A stretch of 16,880 bases of DNA from an uncultured bacterium (GCA_963736115.1 CAVTNR010000006.1:1-16880), one strand, 5' to 3'. Shown: positions 6,775 to 15,265, counted from the first letter of the stretch. Numbers and translations are program-made. The notes: a model not told the origin generated them from the letters alone.

Positions 6775-7686
6775 TTAAAAGCCGGGTCCGGCCGGAAGAC
6801 CGGCGAGTTTCAGGATATTCTTCCACAACGCGGTCATGTCCTCTCCGGCGCCGGATCCGGTTTCGACCGCCGACAGAGACCGCATCTGCGCGCCGGTCAC
6901 TGCCGCGTCGTACCGCACGCGCCCCGCGATATGGGCGCCGGCTGTCCGCGCCGAATCCTCGATGCGCTGCGTCATGTCCTCATGAATATCCCACTTGTTC
7001 ACGCACACGGCCGTTGGAACGCCGAAATGCCGCGCCAGGGACAGTACGCGTTCGAGATCGTGCGCTCCGCTGACCGTGGGCTCCGTCACGGCCAGAATCA
7101 GGGAAGCGCCCGTCACGGAGGCGATGACCGGGCAACCGATGCCGGGCGGTCCGTCGGCCAGGATCAGGAAACGGGACTCCGCTTCAGCGACGCGTCTGGC
7201 CTCGCGGCGCACCGTGGAGACCAGTTTGCCGGAATTGTCCGCGGCCGGAAAAAGTCTCGCATGCACCATGGGCCCGCACCGGGTGTCCGACACCATCCAT
7301 TCGCCGCAGACCTTTTCGGGAAAGGCGATGGCGTTCTCCGCGCAGAAACGGACGCAGACGCCGCATCCCTCGCATGCGGCCGGATCCACGGCGTATCGGA
7401 CGCCGTCCGGCCGGCCTTCGACCCTTCGGATCGCGTCGAACCGGCACATCTCCTCGCACGTGCCGCACCCGGAACAGCGATCAGGATCGATGACGGCTGA
7501 ATGACCGCCGCGGAATTCGTGCTTCTCCCGGACCCGCGGCGACAGGACCAGGTGCAGGTCCGCGGCGTCGACGTCGCAGTCCGCGATCACCGGCCGGTGC
7601 GCGAGCGCGGCGAATGCGGCCGTGATGCTGGTCTTGCCGGTTCCGCCTTTCCCGCTGATGACCACGATTTCCGTCAAATCAGCCAT
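6775..7686 (-). CDS. MinD-superfamily P-loop ATPase with inserted 2x[4Fe-4S] ferredoxin domain
   Basis: 'ISGKGGTGKTS', 'DCDVDAADLHL', CSGCGTCEEMC and CEGCGVCVRFC, 'NSGKLV', 'DGPPGIGCPV', 'VTEPT..G.HDL'. Confidence 0.93.
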   Translation of the reverse strand: MADLTEIVVISGKGGTGKTSITAAFAALAHRPVIADCDVDAADLHLVLSPRVREKHEFRGGHSAVIDPDRCSGCGTCEEMCRFDAIRRVEGRPDGVRYAVDPAACEGCGVCVRFCAENAIAFPEKVCGEWMVSDTRCGPMVHARLFPAADNSGKLVSTVRREARRVAEAESRFLILADGPPGIGCPVIASVTGASLILAVTEPTVSGAHDLERVLSLARHFGVPTAVCVNKWDIHEDMTQRIEDSARTAGAHIAGRVRYDAAVTGAQMRSLSAVETGSGAGEDMTALWKNILKLAGLPAGPGF

Positions 7687-8566
7687 GCAGCCATCCTTCC
7701 GGGCCGCCGGGCGGAGCGTTCAGATGATCCGCCACTGCGCGGAACACGGCTTCGACCGTCGGGCTCTCCGGCAGAACCGCCCGTATTTTTTCCAGGTAGC
7801 CTCTTTCCTTCAGGCGTTCTACCGTAACCGTAAAATGAATGTCATACACCCAGCCGACCTGAAGCAGCTTGAAATCGTTCAGGCTGCGGATGTGATCGGA
7901 CCGGACGATCCGCTTTTCCATCAGGTCCCGGACCACCGCATCCGACACCCCGGGCGTGTCCGGAAGGTCCAGCTCGATGGTCGTGTCGGCCGGCCCTTCG
8001 GTGCGGCCGTAGTAGTCGGTGACGACTTTCCAGATATCGAGTTTGTCCGCGTCCCTGAGCATCAGGCAGAACATCCGTTCGCGTCCGGCCAAGTCCGGGG
8101 GCAGAAAGGCTATATTATGGCACGCCACCGCGCGCCGGACTTCGGACGCGGTCTCCCCGTCGAGGCCGGCCAGGACATTTCGCTGATCCAGAATCCGCAC
8201 GCCCAGTTCGGCGTGGTTCAAGGACTTCCGGTCCGCGAACGTCCGGTGAACGGCGTACTGCTCGAACCGGCCGATGTCGTGCAGAAGCGCGATGGTCTCG
8301 GCGAAACGAATTTCCGGACCGTCCAGGTTCAGGGATTCCCCGATCCGGACGATTTCTTCGCACACCCGCAGGCTGTGGTCCCTTTTCAGGACCATCGGAC
8401 CGGCATCCGGCCCGCCGGCGTCCGTGAATGTTCGGACGTACCGGTCGAACCAGTCGCGGATGGCGTCCCGTTCCGGCCGTCCGACGGCCGTCCGCCTTTC
8501 CTCCGGGCGGATCCGAGGCGCGGACGGAGTGTCTCCGCCGGAAAACCGGCTTTCCGTTTCCGTCAT
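7679..8566 (-). CDS. HD-domain phosphohydrolase
   Basis: 'LKRDHSLRV', 'LLHDIGRFEQY', 'NHAELG', 'CHN', 'RDADKLDI'; start ATG 8566, or 8611 overlapping the upstream stop. Confidence 0.88.
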   Translation of the reverse strand: MTETESRFSGGDTPSAPRIRPEERRTAVGRPERDAIRDWFDRYVRTFTDAGGPDAGPMVLKRDHSLRVCEEIVRIGESLNLDGPEIRFAETIALLHDIGRFEQYAVHRTFADRKSLNHAELGVRILDQRNVLAGLDGETASEVRRAVACHNIAFLPPDLAGRERMFCLMLRDADKLDIWKVVTDYYGRTEGPADTTIELDLPDTPGVSDAVVRDLMEKRIVRSDHIRSLNDFKLLQVGWVYDIHFTVTVERLKERGYLEKIRAVLPESPTVEAVFRAVADHLNAPPGGPEGWLHG

Positions 8567-8607
8567 TCGATCAGCCCCCTGCCCCGCTCCATCCCGAATG
8601 CAGTCCC

Positions 8608-9054
8608 TCATTCGTATCGCTTCATGATTTCCCGGTCCTCTGCGGTCAGTTTCGCCGCCAAATCCCCGATGCCCGTTTTGTCCCAGGACTTGAGCCGGTT
8701 GTGCGTTTCCAGGTAATGCAGGGGAATGGGATGGGTGCCGACCACGACCGGTATTCCATAGCGGCTTTCGATGAATTCCTTGAAATAACGGATGCGGGGG
8801 CAGGGCGGATAACCCACGACCAGACCCGTGGCCAGATGAATCGCCCCTGCGCCGTTCCGTATCATTTCCGCGGGCACTGTTTCGACGTTGCCTCCGGGAC
8901 ACCCGCCGCAGGAGGAATAACCGACGATTTCCAGTCTGTCCTCCGCCGGGTAAATCGAGAACCCGCCCGCGCGTTCACGGCTGGCGCGAAAGCATTTTCC
9001 CCCGCCGCAGCCGCGATACCGGTCGCAGATGATGATGCCGATTTTATGTTCCAT
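8608..9054 (-). CDS. CGGC-domain putative metal/Fe-S-binding protein
   Basis: 'IGIIIC....CGGGKC', 'GYSSCGGCPG', 'YPPCP', 'VVVGTH'; ATG 9054 with SD GGGAG. Confidence 0.9.
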   Translation of the reverse strand: MEHKIGIIICDRYRGCGGGKCFRASRERAGGFSIYPAEDRLEIVGYSSCGGCPGGNVETVPAEMIRNGAGAIHLATGLVVGYPPCPRIRYFKEFIESRYGIPVVVGTHPIPLHYLETHNRLKSWDKTGIGDLAAKLTAEDREIMKRYE

Positions 9055-9057
9055 CGT

Positions 9058-9235
9058 TAACTCCCGTTCTTCGTCCGGCGTGTCCACCTCGGAGCAAGAG
9101 ACCCTCTGCTGAATGGCCATGCCGATCACGTTGATCAGCCCGCCGCAGATGAGCCTCCGGTCGCCTGGCTGTTCCCGCGCTGACCATCCCCGCCGGTCCG
9201 CCTCCGATGATCAGAATATCCGTCTGAAGCTTCAT
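9058..9235 (-). pseudogene. Remnant of an FAD-dependent pyridine nucleotide-disulfide oxidoreductase (NADH oxidase/CoA-disulfide reductase-like)
   Basis: ATG 9235 with SD AGGA encodes MKLQTDILIIGGGPAGMVSAGTARR (GxGxxG Rossmann start); then, in a shifted frame, RRLICGGLINVIGMAIQQRVSCSEVDT, resembling the C-terminal dimerisation helix; the body of the gene is missing. Confidence 0.75.
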
Positions 9236-9258
9236 GGTTTTTCCTAATGCATGGGTGT

Positions 9259-9888
9259 TTATTTCACCGCCCGGATGACGACAAAGGATCCTTCTCCCCA
9301 GCCCGGCCGCACCGGTTCGACGCTTCGGATTTCCTCCATGGGCGAAAAAAGCGTCTGGCCGGCTTCGGGCCGCGACCATCCGGTTTCCGCCAGAAGCTCC
9401 ATAACGGCTTGAACCGGGTAAAAAACAGCGTCACGATAAAACCGGCTCCGCTGCGACGCGTCCCGGTACTGCCGCCCCAAAGGACTCTCCGCGTCCACAA
9501 AACCGACGACCAATCCTCCGCCGGACCTGACGATGCGGCGGGTCTCCCGCAATGTCTGCGCCGGGTCATCGAGAAAACAGAGAGTGGTCACCATGACCGC
9601 GAAGTCAAACGCGCGGGAACGGACAGGCAGAGCCTCGCCGGTTCCGCGGATGACCCGGATCCCCCTGGCCGCGGCGATCCGCGCCATCCGGCCGGCGGGC
9701 TCGACCCCGAACCGGATTCCAAGGCGGGACGCGAAGCGACCCGTTCCCGCACCGATTTCAATGCCCTCGCCTTGCGCGGGTATGAACCCAGCCACGGCCT
9801 GAAGCTCGGAACGGTAAACGGCGTCATGCTTTTCGAACCAGCCGTCGTACCGGTCGGCATGCGTTTCAAACGGCTCAATACGCGGCAT
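9259..9888 (-). CDS. Class I SAM-dependent methyltransferase
   Basis: 'YDGWF', 'IEIGAGTGRF', 'GVEP', 'GEALP...FD', 'TLCFLDDP'. Confidence 0.92.
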   Translation of the reverse strand: MPRIEPFETHADRYDGWFEKHDAVYRSELQAVAGFIPAQGEGIEIGAGTGRFASRLGIRFGVEPAGRMARIAAARGIRVIRGTGEALPVRSRAFDFAVMVTTLCFLDDPAQTLRETRRIVRSGGGLVVGFVDAESPLGRQYRDASQRSRFYRDAVFYPVQAVMELLAETGWSRPEAGQTLFSPMEEIRSVEPVRPGWGEGSFVVIRAVK

Positions 9889-9948
9889 GCGGAACGCCCC
9901 GTGACCAGGCGGCCGGCACCGCGGCCGAACGGGCCGCCTGGAGCGATA

Positions 9949-10743
9949 TCACCGCGCGACGCGAAATCCGTAGCATTCGTAGAAATTTTTCGGCCGATTC
10001 CGGAACCGGTTCGTCGTCCCGCAGCTCGCGGGGTCATTCATCCACGATCCGCCCCGCAGGACGCGATGCGTCCCGCATGCGGGCCCTTTCGGATCAACGG
10101 CGGGCTCCGGCAAATACGGACCGTGCCAATCCGCGCACCATTCCCAGACATTCCCCGTCATATCGTATAGCCCGAGCGGGTTGGGATTGAAAGACGCGAC
10201 CGGGGACGTATACCGCCAGCCGTCCGTGTATCCCTCGAAGATGAGGGTCCTCGGCTTCACGATCCGGAGCGATTCGTCCGCCACGTTTCCTCCGGCAGTA
10301 CCGGACGGCGCCGCGTTCCCCCAGTCGAACCTGAGCGAGTCGCCGCGGTTCCGCGCCGCGTATTCCCATTCCGCCTCCGTCGGAAGCCTGCATCCGGCCC
10401 AGTCGCAGAATGCCCGGGCCAGGTTCCAGCTCACATTGACCACCGGATGATCCTCCTGAAACCCCCATTCAGGCGCCAGGGGCATACGCCTTCGGGTCGC
10501 CTTGCAGAATACCCGGAACTGGGCGACCGTGACTTCGGTCTTTCCCAGGTAAAAATCGGAAACCGTGACCCGGTGCACGGGCCGGCTGTCCGCGTCCCCG
10601 CGGTTGAAAATATCGCCTATGTCGAAGGTCCCGCCCTTGACGAAGACAAATTCCAGACCGGCAGGATTGTTGTCAGCGACCGGGGTCCGGCCGGACAGGG
10701 CCAGACCGCATCCGAGGCAGAGCAGAAAAGTGATCCGTTTCAA
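9949..10743 (-). CDS. Secreted formylglycine-generating-enzyme (FGE-sulfatase/SUMF1) domain protein
   Basis: TTG 10743 after SD GGAGA gives signal-like MKRITFLLCLGCGLALS; 'TEVT', 'HPVVNVSW', 'RLPTEAEWEYAAR', 'GLYDMTGNVWEWC', 'RGGSW', 'GFR'. Confidence 0.9.
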   Translation of the reverse strand: MKRITFLLCLGCGLALSGRTPVADNNPAGLEFVFVKGGTFDIGDIFNRGDADSRPVHRVTVSDFYLGKTEVTVAQFRVFCKATRRRMPLAPEWGFQEDHPVVNVSWNLARAFCDWAGCRLPTEAEWEYAARNRGDSLRFDWGNAAPSGTAGGNVADESLRIVKPRTLIFEGYTDGWRYTSPVASFNPNPLGLYDMTGNVWEWCADWHGPYLPEPAVDPKGPACGTHRVLRGGSWMNDPASCGTTNRFRNRPKNFYECYGFRVAR

Positions 10744-10818
10744 TTCATTCTCCGGTTTTGTCCAAATCCGTGATGAAAACCGATGCGGCCGGGTCAACCG
10801 CCCGTCACAGTACAAGGA

Positions 10819-11790
10819 TCAGGCCGGAGGACCCTCCGTCCCGGCCAGGACATAGAGGCACTTGCCGTCCTGCGCCACGACACGGACAATTCCGGCACGG
10901 GTCCACTCGTCCAGCTGTTTCAGCAGGACCATCTCCCGAACCGCGAGACCGGCGGCGATGTCCTCGAGCGTGCAGGGCCTCCGCGCCAGGAGTCCCCGGA
11001 TTTCAGCTTCGGAGACGGTGTCCCCCTCGATCGGTCCGGCGGTTCGGTACGCGGCGATCACCTCGGCGGCGGGATCGAACCGTGCAGCCAGGGCTTCCAG
11101 CGCCTCCTGAGGAACGGCCTTGGTAAATCCGTCCGGCGCCGGACGGGTGACCGTGTTGAGCTGAATCCGTTCAGGCCTGATTTTCGCCGCGCACGCGGCG
11201 ATCGAAGCCGCCTGAACGGGTTTATCCGTCACGCCCTTCATGAGAAAGACTTCCAGCCAGACGGGCTTTTTAAAGACGGCTGTGAATGCGGCCAGACCGT
11301 CGACCATACGCTCGAAGTCTACAGCCGGATGCGGCCGGTTCACGGTCAGGAAAGTGCGCTCATCCCCGGCGTCCAGGGACGGAATCACCCGGTCGGCCTC
11401 CATCAGAGCCTCCCGCACCTCCGGAATCCAGAGAAGCGATCCATTGGTCAGCACGGTGACCGGAATCCGGGTGACCGTCTTGATCCGATCGATGAGTCCG
11501 CCGATTCCGGAATGCAGGGTCGGCTCGCCGGATCCCGCCAGCGTGATGGTGTCCGGCGTACCCGCCGAGGCCAGCTTCCACTCCAGCTCGTCGATGATCT
11601 CGTCCGTATCGGCGTGGTTCCGCCGCTCCGTCGTCAGACAGGTCGTGGGTCCGAGCTGGCAATAGGCGCAGTCATAGGTGCAGGTTTTAAAAGGGACGAG
11701 ATCCACGCCCAGGGACCGGCCGAGACGCCTGGAGGGAACGGGACCGTACAGGTAGCGCAGACCGCCCCTGTCCGGGTCTAACTCCCGCAC
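10819..11790 (-). CDS. Radical SAM protein (COG0731-like) with C-terminal winged-helix-like tail
   Basis: 'YGPVPSRRLGRSLGVDL', CTYDCAYC (CxxxCxxC), 'GSGEPTL', 'LTNGSLL'; start inferred at GTG 11790. Confidence 0.9.
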   Translation of the reverse strand: MRELDPDRGGLRYLYGPVPSRRLGRSLGVDLVPFKTCTYDCAYCQLGPTTCLTTERRNHADTDEIIDELEWKLASAGTPDTITLAGSGEPTLHSGIGGLIDRIKTVTRIPVTVLTNGSLLWIPEVREALMEADRVIPSLDAGDERTFLTVNRPHPAVDFERMVDGLAAFTAVFKKPVWLEVFLMKGVTDKPVQAASIAACAAKIRPERIQLNTVTRPAPDGFTKAVPQEALEALAARFDPAAEVIAAYRTAGPIEGDTVSEAEIRGLLARRPCTLEDIAAGLAVREMVLLKQLDEWTRAGIVRVVAQDGKCLYVLAGTEGPPA

Positions 11791-12038
11791 GACGCGTCCC
11801 CGCAGCGTTCCTCCCGTCCGCAGCAGGTCCTGCCCGTGGAATGGAGCGCGCAGTCCCCGGCCTCCCGCCGGGTCCTGCCGCCGGCTCCGTCCTTGAGAAG
11901 GAATCCGACTCCGCCGCTGATCACCCGGTTCACTTTTCCGCCGCATTCCGGACAGGCGGTCACGGGCGGTTCGGAAATGCCCTGCTGCCTGTCGAACCGG
12001 CCGCCGCATCCCTCGCAGATGTATTCGTAAGTGGGCAT
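11778..12038 (-). CDS. FmdB-family zinc-ribbon protein
   Basis: 'MPTYEYICEGCG...CPECGG....IS' plus Cys-rich tail C...CC.....C....C; SD AGGAGG. Confidence 0.9.
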   Translation of the reverse strand: MPTYEYICEGCGGRFDRQQGISEPPVTACPECGGKVNRVISGGVGFLLKDGAGGRTRREAGDCALHSTGRTCCGREERCGDASCGS

Positions 12039-12042
12039 GGCT

Positions 12043-12945
12043 TCAACCTCCTTGCGACCGTGCGGTCACGGTACGCCACAATTCCTGAAACAGGGGAACG
12101 TATTCCGGCAGGGCGTCCACGATGAGCTCTCCCCTGGAATAAGCCTCGGCGATGCGGCGGTCGTCCGGCACCTCCGCGAGAATGGGGATGGCTTCGCGTC
12201 TGCAGTATTCATGGACGCGGCCGTCTCCCACGCCCATCCGGTTGACCACGACCCCGCAGGGAATACCCAGCTGGCGGATCATGTCCACGGCCAGGGTCAG
12301 GTCATGCAGACCGAACGGCGTCGGCTCCGTGACCAGCACCGTGAAATCGGCCCCCCGCACCGCGGCCATGACGGGGCAGGAGGTCCCGGGGGGCGCGTCC
12401 ACGATCGCCGGCGTCCCGGCCTCCATCCGCTTCTTCACCGCGTGAATGAGGGGCACCGACATGACCACGCCCACGTCGAGCAGGCCCTGGATCAGACGGA
12501 TGTCCCCGGCGTCCATGGTTTCGATGGCGCCGATGCGCCGCGGTATCTCCCGGATGGCGCCGCGTGGGCAGACTCGACTGCACCCGCCGCAGGCATGGCA
12601 GAGTTCGGGAAACAGGATGGGCCTGTCCTTCGGCACCGCGATGGCGTGAAACGCGCAGAACCGGCCGCATTCACCGCATCCGTCGCAGAGCGATTCGTCC
12701 ACCTGCGGCACGGAGAGATTGACGGTTTCCGTGCTCCAGGACCGGCCCCCGAGAAACAGATGGCCGTTCGGCTCCTCGACATCGCAGTCGAGTATCTGCA
12801 CTTTCGACACGCACGCCTTTGCCAGATTCAGCGTGACCGTGGTCTTGCCCGTGCCGCCCTTTCCCGAGGCAATCGCGATGACCGGACTGCTTCGGCCTTT
12901 CGCGGGTGCGGGCGCGCCTGCCGGAATCCGTTCGGACGCCTTCAT
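12043..12945 (-). CDS. MinD-superfamily P-loop ATPase with inserted 2x[4Fe-4S] ferredoxin domain
   Basis: 'ASGKGGTGKTT', 'DCDVEEPNGHLF', CDGCGECGRFC and CHACGGCSRVCP, 'DAPPGTSCPV', 'VTEPTPFGLHDL'. Confidence 0.93.
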   Translation of the reverse strand: MKASERIPAGAPAPAKGRSSPVIAIASGKGGTGKTTVTLNLAKACVSKVQILDCDVEEPNGHLFLGGRSWSTETVNLSVPQVDESLCDGCGECGRFCAFHAIAVPKDRPILFPELCHACGGCSRVCPRGAIREIPRRIGAIETMDAGDIRLIQGLLDVGVVMSVPLIHAVKKRMEAGTPAIVDAPPGTSCPVMAAVRGADFTVLVTEPTPFGLHDLTLAVDMIRQLGIPCGVVVNRMGVGDGRVHEYCRREAIPILAEVPDDRRIAEAYSRGELIVDALPEYVPLFQELWRTVTARSQGG

Positions 12946-12964
12946 GATACCGCCGATCCCCGTT

Positions 12965-13543
12965 TCACCGGGACCGTTTCACCAGCACGGCAGCGGCAAG
13001 CACCGTTGTCCACAGGCCGTTCTTGTCGCCCTTGGCAGTCTGGGTGATCTCCCGGGTCGTGACGATTTCTCCGCCGAGCCGGTATTGTTCCTTGCGCTGG
13101 TCGTAGTCCTTGTCCGCGTCGAACGGCACGCCAAGGGTCGTCGCCAGCATCTGCGCCGCGAGGTCCTCCGCGTAATCGCCCGCGGTTTTCTCGGTCATTC
13201 CAGAGCAGTGATGCTCGGAGAGGTATCCGTAATGCTCCTTGTTGCGGGGAATGGCGAGGCCGATGCTCGCGGCGATCAGACGGTTCGGCTCGTTCGATTC
13301 CGAACGCGCCATGACGCAATAAACGATCTGCCCGGGCCGGAGGTGCTTCTGGCCCTCTTTATTTGAAATGAGCCTGCACCTCGGGGGAAAAATCGAACTG
13401 ACGCTGACCAGGTTGTACATGGCGATGCCCGCGTCCCGCAGGGCCTCCTCAAAGGAGGACAGCTTCTCCCGGCTCCTGCCGACCCCCTTGGTCAGGAACA
13501 CGCTGTCGGGGATGAAGCTCGAAGTCGATTCCATCATTTTCAT
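12965..13543 (-). CDS. pdaD: Pyruvoyl-dependent arginine decarboxylase
   Basis: 'FLTKGVG....LSSFE.ALRDAGIA.YNLVSVSSIFPP' with the Ser-Ser self-cleavage site, 'YGYLSEHH', 'WTTVLAAAV'; ATG 13543 overlaps upstream stop (ATGA). Confidence 0.92.
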   Translation of the reverse strand: MKMMESTSSFIPDSVFLTKGVGRSREKLSSFEEALRDAGIAMYNLVSVSSIFPPRCRLISNKEGQKHLRPGQIVYCVMARSESNEPNRLIAASIGLAIPRNKEHYGYLSEHHCSGMTEKTAGDYAEDLAAQMLATTLGVPFDADKDYDQRKEQYRLGGEIVTTREITQTAKGDKNGLWTTVLAAAVLVKRSR

Positions 13544-13800
13544 GTCCCTCTCTGATTCTCCTTCACCACGGACTGTTTCAGCATCCGGATTCGCCATTGA
13601 AGGCCTTCCATCCGCATCCGGATCTGAAGCCTGTGGAGGACCGGGTCGGGGAATCCGCTCATGATAGGACGACCGGAAAGTCCCGCAAAGCCGATGAGCG
13701 ACCTGCCTCCGGTTCCGGATTTTTTCAGAATGCAGTACCCGTTCACCCGGCCGGTCATCGGTCCCCGTCCGGTCGGCCCGGTTCCGTCAAATCCGGGCAT
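13540..13800 (-). CDS. DUF5320-family protein (second, divergent copy)
   Basis: 'MPGFDGTGPTGRGPMTGR..GYC' signature and C-terminal coiled-coil-like segment; SD AGGAGG. Confidence 0.8.
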   Translation of the reverse strand: MPGFDGTGPTGRGPMTGRVNGYCILKKSGTGGRSLIGFAGLSGRPIMSGFPDPVLHRLQIRMRMEGLQWRIRMLKQSVVKENQRGT

Positions 13801-13830
13801 GGCCGTCTCCTCCTGATTTCCGCAGGGGAC

Positions 13831-14193
13831 TCAAGTCCAATGCCCCTCGACGTCCGCGGAAGACGCCTCTTTCAGGCCGCCGGACCGGTATCTTTCGAGG
13901 GCCTCCGCGACCGTGGCTGCGTCGGTGTTGTACACCTTGACCCCGGCCGCGGACAGAACGCGGAAAGCTTTCGGGCCGCAATGCCCGGTCACCAGGGCTC
14001 CGGCGCCCAGCCGGCTGATCTGTTCAGCCGCCTGTATGCCCGCGCCCTGGGCCGCGTTCAGGTTCTGCTGATTGTCTATGACGTCGACCGTCCCGGCATC
14101 CGGGTCGTAGATCAGAAATTTCAACGCGCGGCCGAATCGGGGATCCAGTGGGGCGTTCAAATCGTCCCCGGATGCGGTAAAAGCGATTTTCAT
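13831..14193 (-). CDS. NifB/NifX-family protein closest in motif pattern to the Orange protein (ORP)
   Basis: 'MKIAFTA.G..L...LDPRFGRA', 'GAGIQAA', 'TGHCGPKAF.VL.AAG.KV' match the ORP/MTH1175 pattern. Confidence 0.92.
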   Translation of the reverse strand: MKIAFTASGDDLNAPLDPRFGRALKFLIYDPDAGTVDVIDNQQNLNAAQGAGIQAAEQISRLGAGALVTGHCGPKAFRVLSAAGVKVYNTDAATVAEALERYRSGGLKEASSADVEGHWT

Positions 14194-14301
14194 CTCAGGT
14201 GCTCCTTTAAAGTCGGCGGGGACCCGGCAGGCGCGTTCGCAACCACCCGGCAGAGCCGGGTCCGCCGCTTCATTGTTCAGAATCGCCGCGGATGGCGGCC
14301 G

Positions 14302-14664
14302 TCACCCGTCGACTTTTTCTGTTTCCAGGCCGCTGAGCCGCTTCTTGATGAAATCCAGTTCCGATTGAAGGGCTTCGGCCTGGGTTTTCAGAGCCTGCTT
14401 TTCCGCCTCCGGATCCGGATTCATGAAAGCCGGCTGAACCGGAGCGGCGCCGCCGAAACGGCTCCAGCCGGGCAGGCCGGTGGCATGAAACCAGTTCCGC
14501 CAGCCTCTTCCCCCGCCGGCCCATCCGCCTCCCCGCCGCATTCCCCTGCCGCCTCCGAATCCCGGATTCGCGTATCCCGGCATTCCATAACCCGCGCAAG
14601 TGCCCGCGCCGCGGCCCGTCATCTGGCCCATTCCCGTCGGCCCGGTTCCGTCTCCTCTTGGCAT
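14302..14664 (-). CDS. DUF5320-family protein
   Basis: 'MPRGDGTGP.G.G.MTGRGAG.C', Gly/Arg-rich middle, 'F.ATGLPGW.R', C-terminal 'LKTQAEALQSELDFIKKRLSGLE'; SD TAAGGAGG. Confidence 0.9.
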   Translation of the reverse strand: MPRGDGTGPTGMGQMTGRGAGTCAGYGMPGYANPGFGGGRGMRRGGGWAGGGRGWRNWFHATGLPGWSRFGGAAPVQPAFMNPDPEAEKQALKTQAEALQSELDFIKKRLSGLETEKVDG

Positions 14665-14709
14665 GACTGGTTCCTCCTTATTTTTCGTTTGCTTCGTTTT
14701 TCGTTATGG

Positions 14710-15195
14710 TTAAAATACTTTTCCCGCCCCTCGGCCGGCCGGACCCGTTCCGGTCCCGCCGTCTGGTCCGCACCGGCGCCTTCCCCTTCCGCCGCAATTC
14801 GGCCCGCGGCCGGGTCGGCTGCCCATTCCGCCGCCATGCGCCCGTCTGCGACAGCCCGGCATGGCAAAACGCTCGTCGTCCAGCCGGCCTTCAAGCCAGG
14901 CTTGAAGCACTTCGGCCGCGTCTCCGGACATGAAAGGGATCACGCGCACGCCGAAAGCGGAGGCCATTTCCTGAACCGGCCTGGATATGGCGCCGCAGAC
15001 CAGAATGCCGCAGCCCAGTTCCGCGATGCGCCGCGCCTTCTGAACCGGTGATTCTTCCGTCAGGTCGGCCTGGTCTTCGCGGACGATACACCCGTTCTCG
15101 GCTTCGATCAGACGGACATGCCGGGCCACATCGAACACCGGCGCGATTCGGTTTTCCCATACGGTGAAAGCGGCCTTGGTCATGCGAAACCCCAT
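14710..15195 (-). CDS. NifB/NifX-family protein with Gly/Arg-rich C-terminal tail
   Basis: 'W.NRIAPVFDVA', 'LVCGAISRP', 'VIPFMSG', 'FAMPGC' then G/R-rich tail; start 15195 or 15183. Confidence 0.87.
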   Translation of the reverse strand: MGFRMTKAAFTVWENRIAPVFDVARHVRLIEAENGCIVREDQADLTEESPVQKARRIAELGCGILVCGAISRPVQEMASAFGVRVIPFMSGDAAEVLQAWLEGRLDDERFAMPGCRRRAHGGGMGSRPGRGPNCGGRGRRRCGPDGGTGTGPAGRGAGKVF

Positions 15196-15222
15196 TTGGT
15201 CTGGTCAGTCACAGAGAGTCAA

Positions 15223-15238
15223 AGCAGGAATCGGGCCA
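15223..15238 (-). promoter_or_regulatory. sigma54 (-24/-12) promoter
   Basis: Minus strand TGGCCCGATTCCTGCT fits TGGCAC-N5-TTGCW with exact GG/GC spacing; directly downstream of a sigma54 activator gene. Confidence 0.85.
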
Positions 15239-15265
15239 TGATTTCGACGGGCGGCTGAACGACTC

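Noticed and set aside
5460-12009. N-terminal extensions in the ORF track for Mrp (6515), HD (8902), CGGC (9129) and radical SAM (12009)
   Set aside because: They overlap upstream genes extensively; downstream starts fit the SD positions, gene junctions and family N-termini better
7622-15051. Long plus-strand ORFs (7622-8716, 9247-10170, 10783-11781, 12031-13047, 13597-15051)
   Set aside because: Lie opposite motif-rich genes, with Arg/Pro-rich off-frame composition and no recognisable domains
5096-15195. Nitrogen fixation cluster suggested by NifX/NifU-like genes
   Set aside because: No nifH/D/K/E/N in the window; these families fit the ORP-type context
3842-15195. Selenocysteine readthrough at TGA stops in Cys-rich genes
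   Set aside because: Stops fall at expected family C-termini and often overlap the next start; no truncated Cys motif needs a UGA
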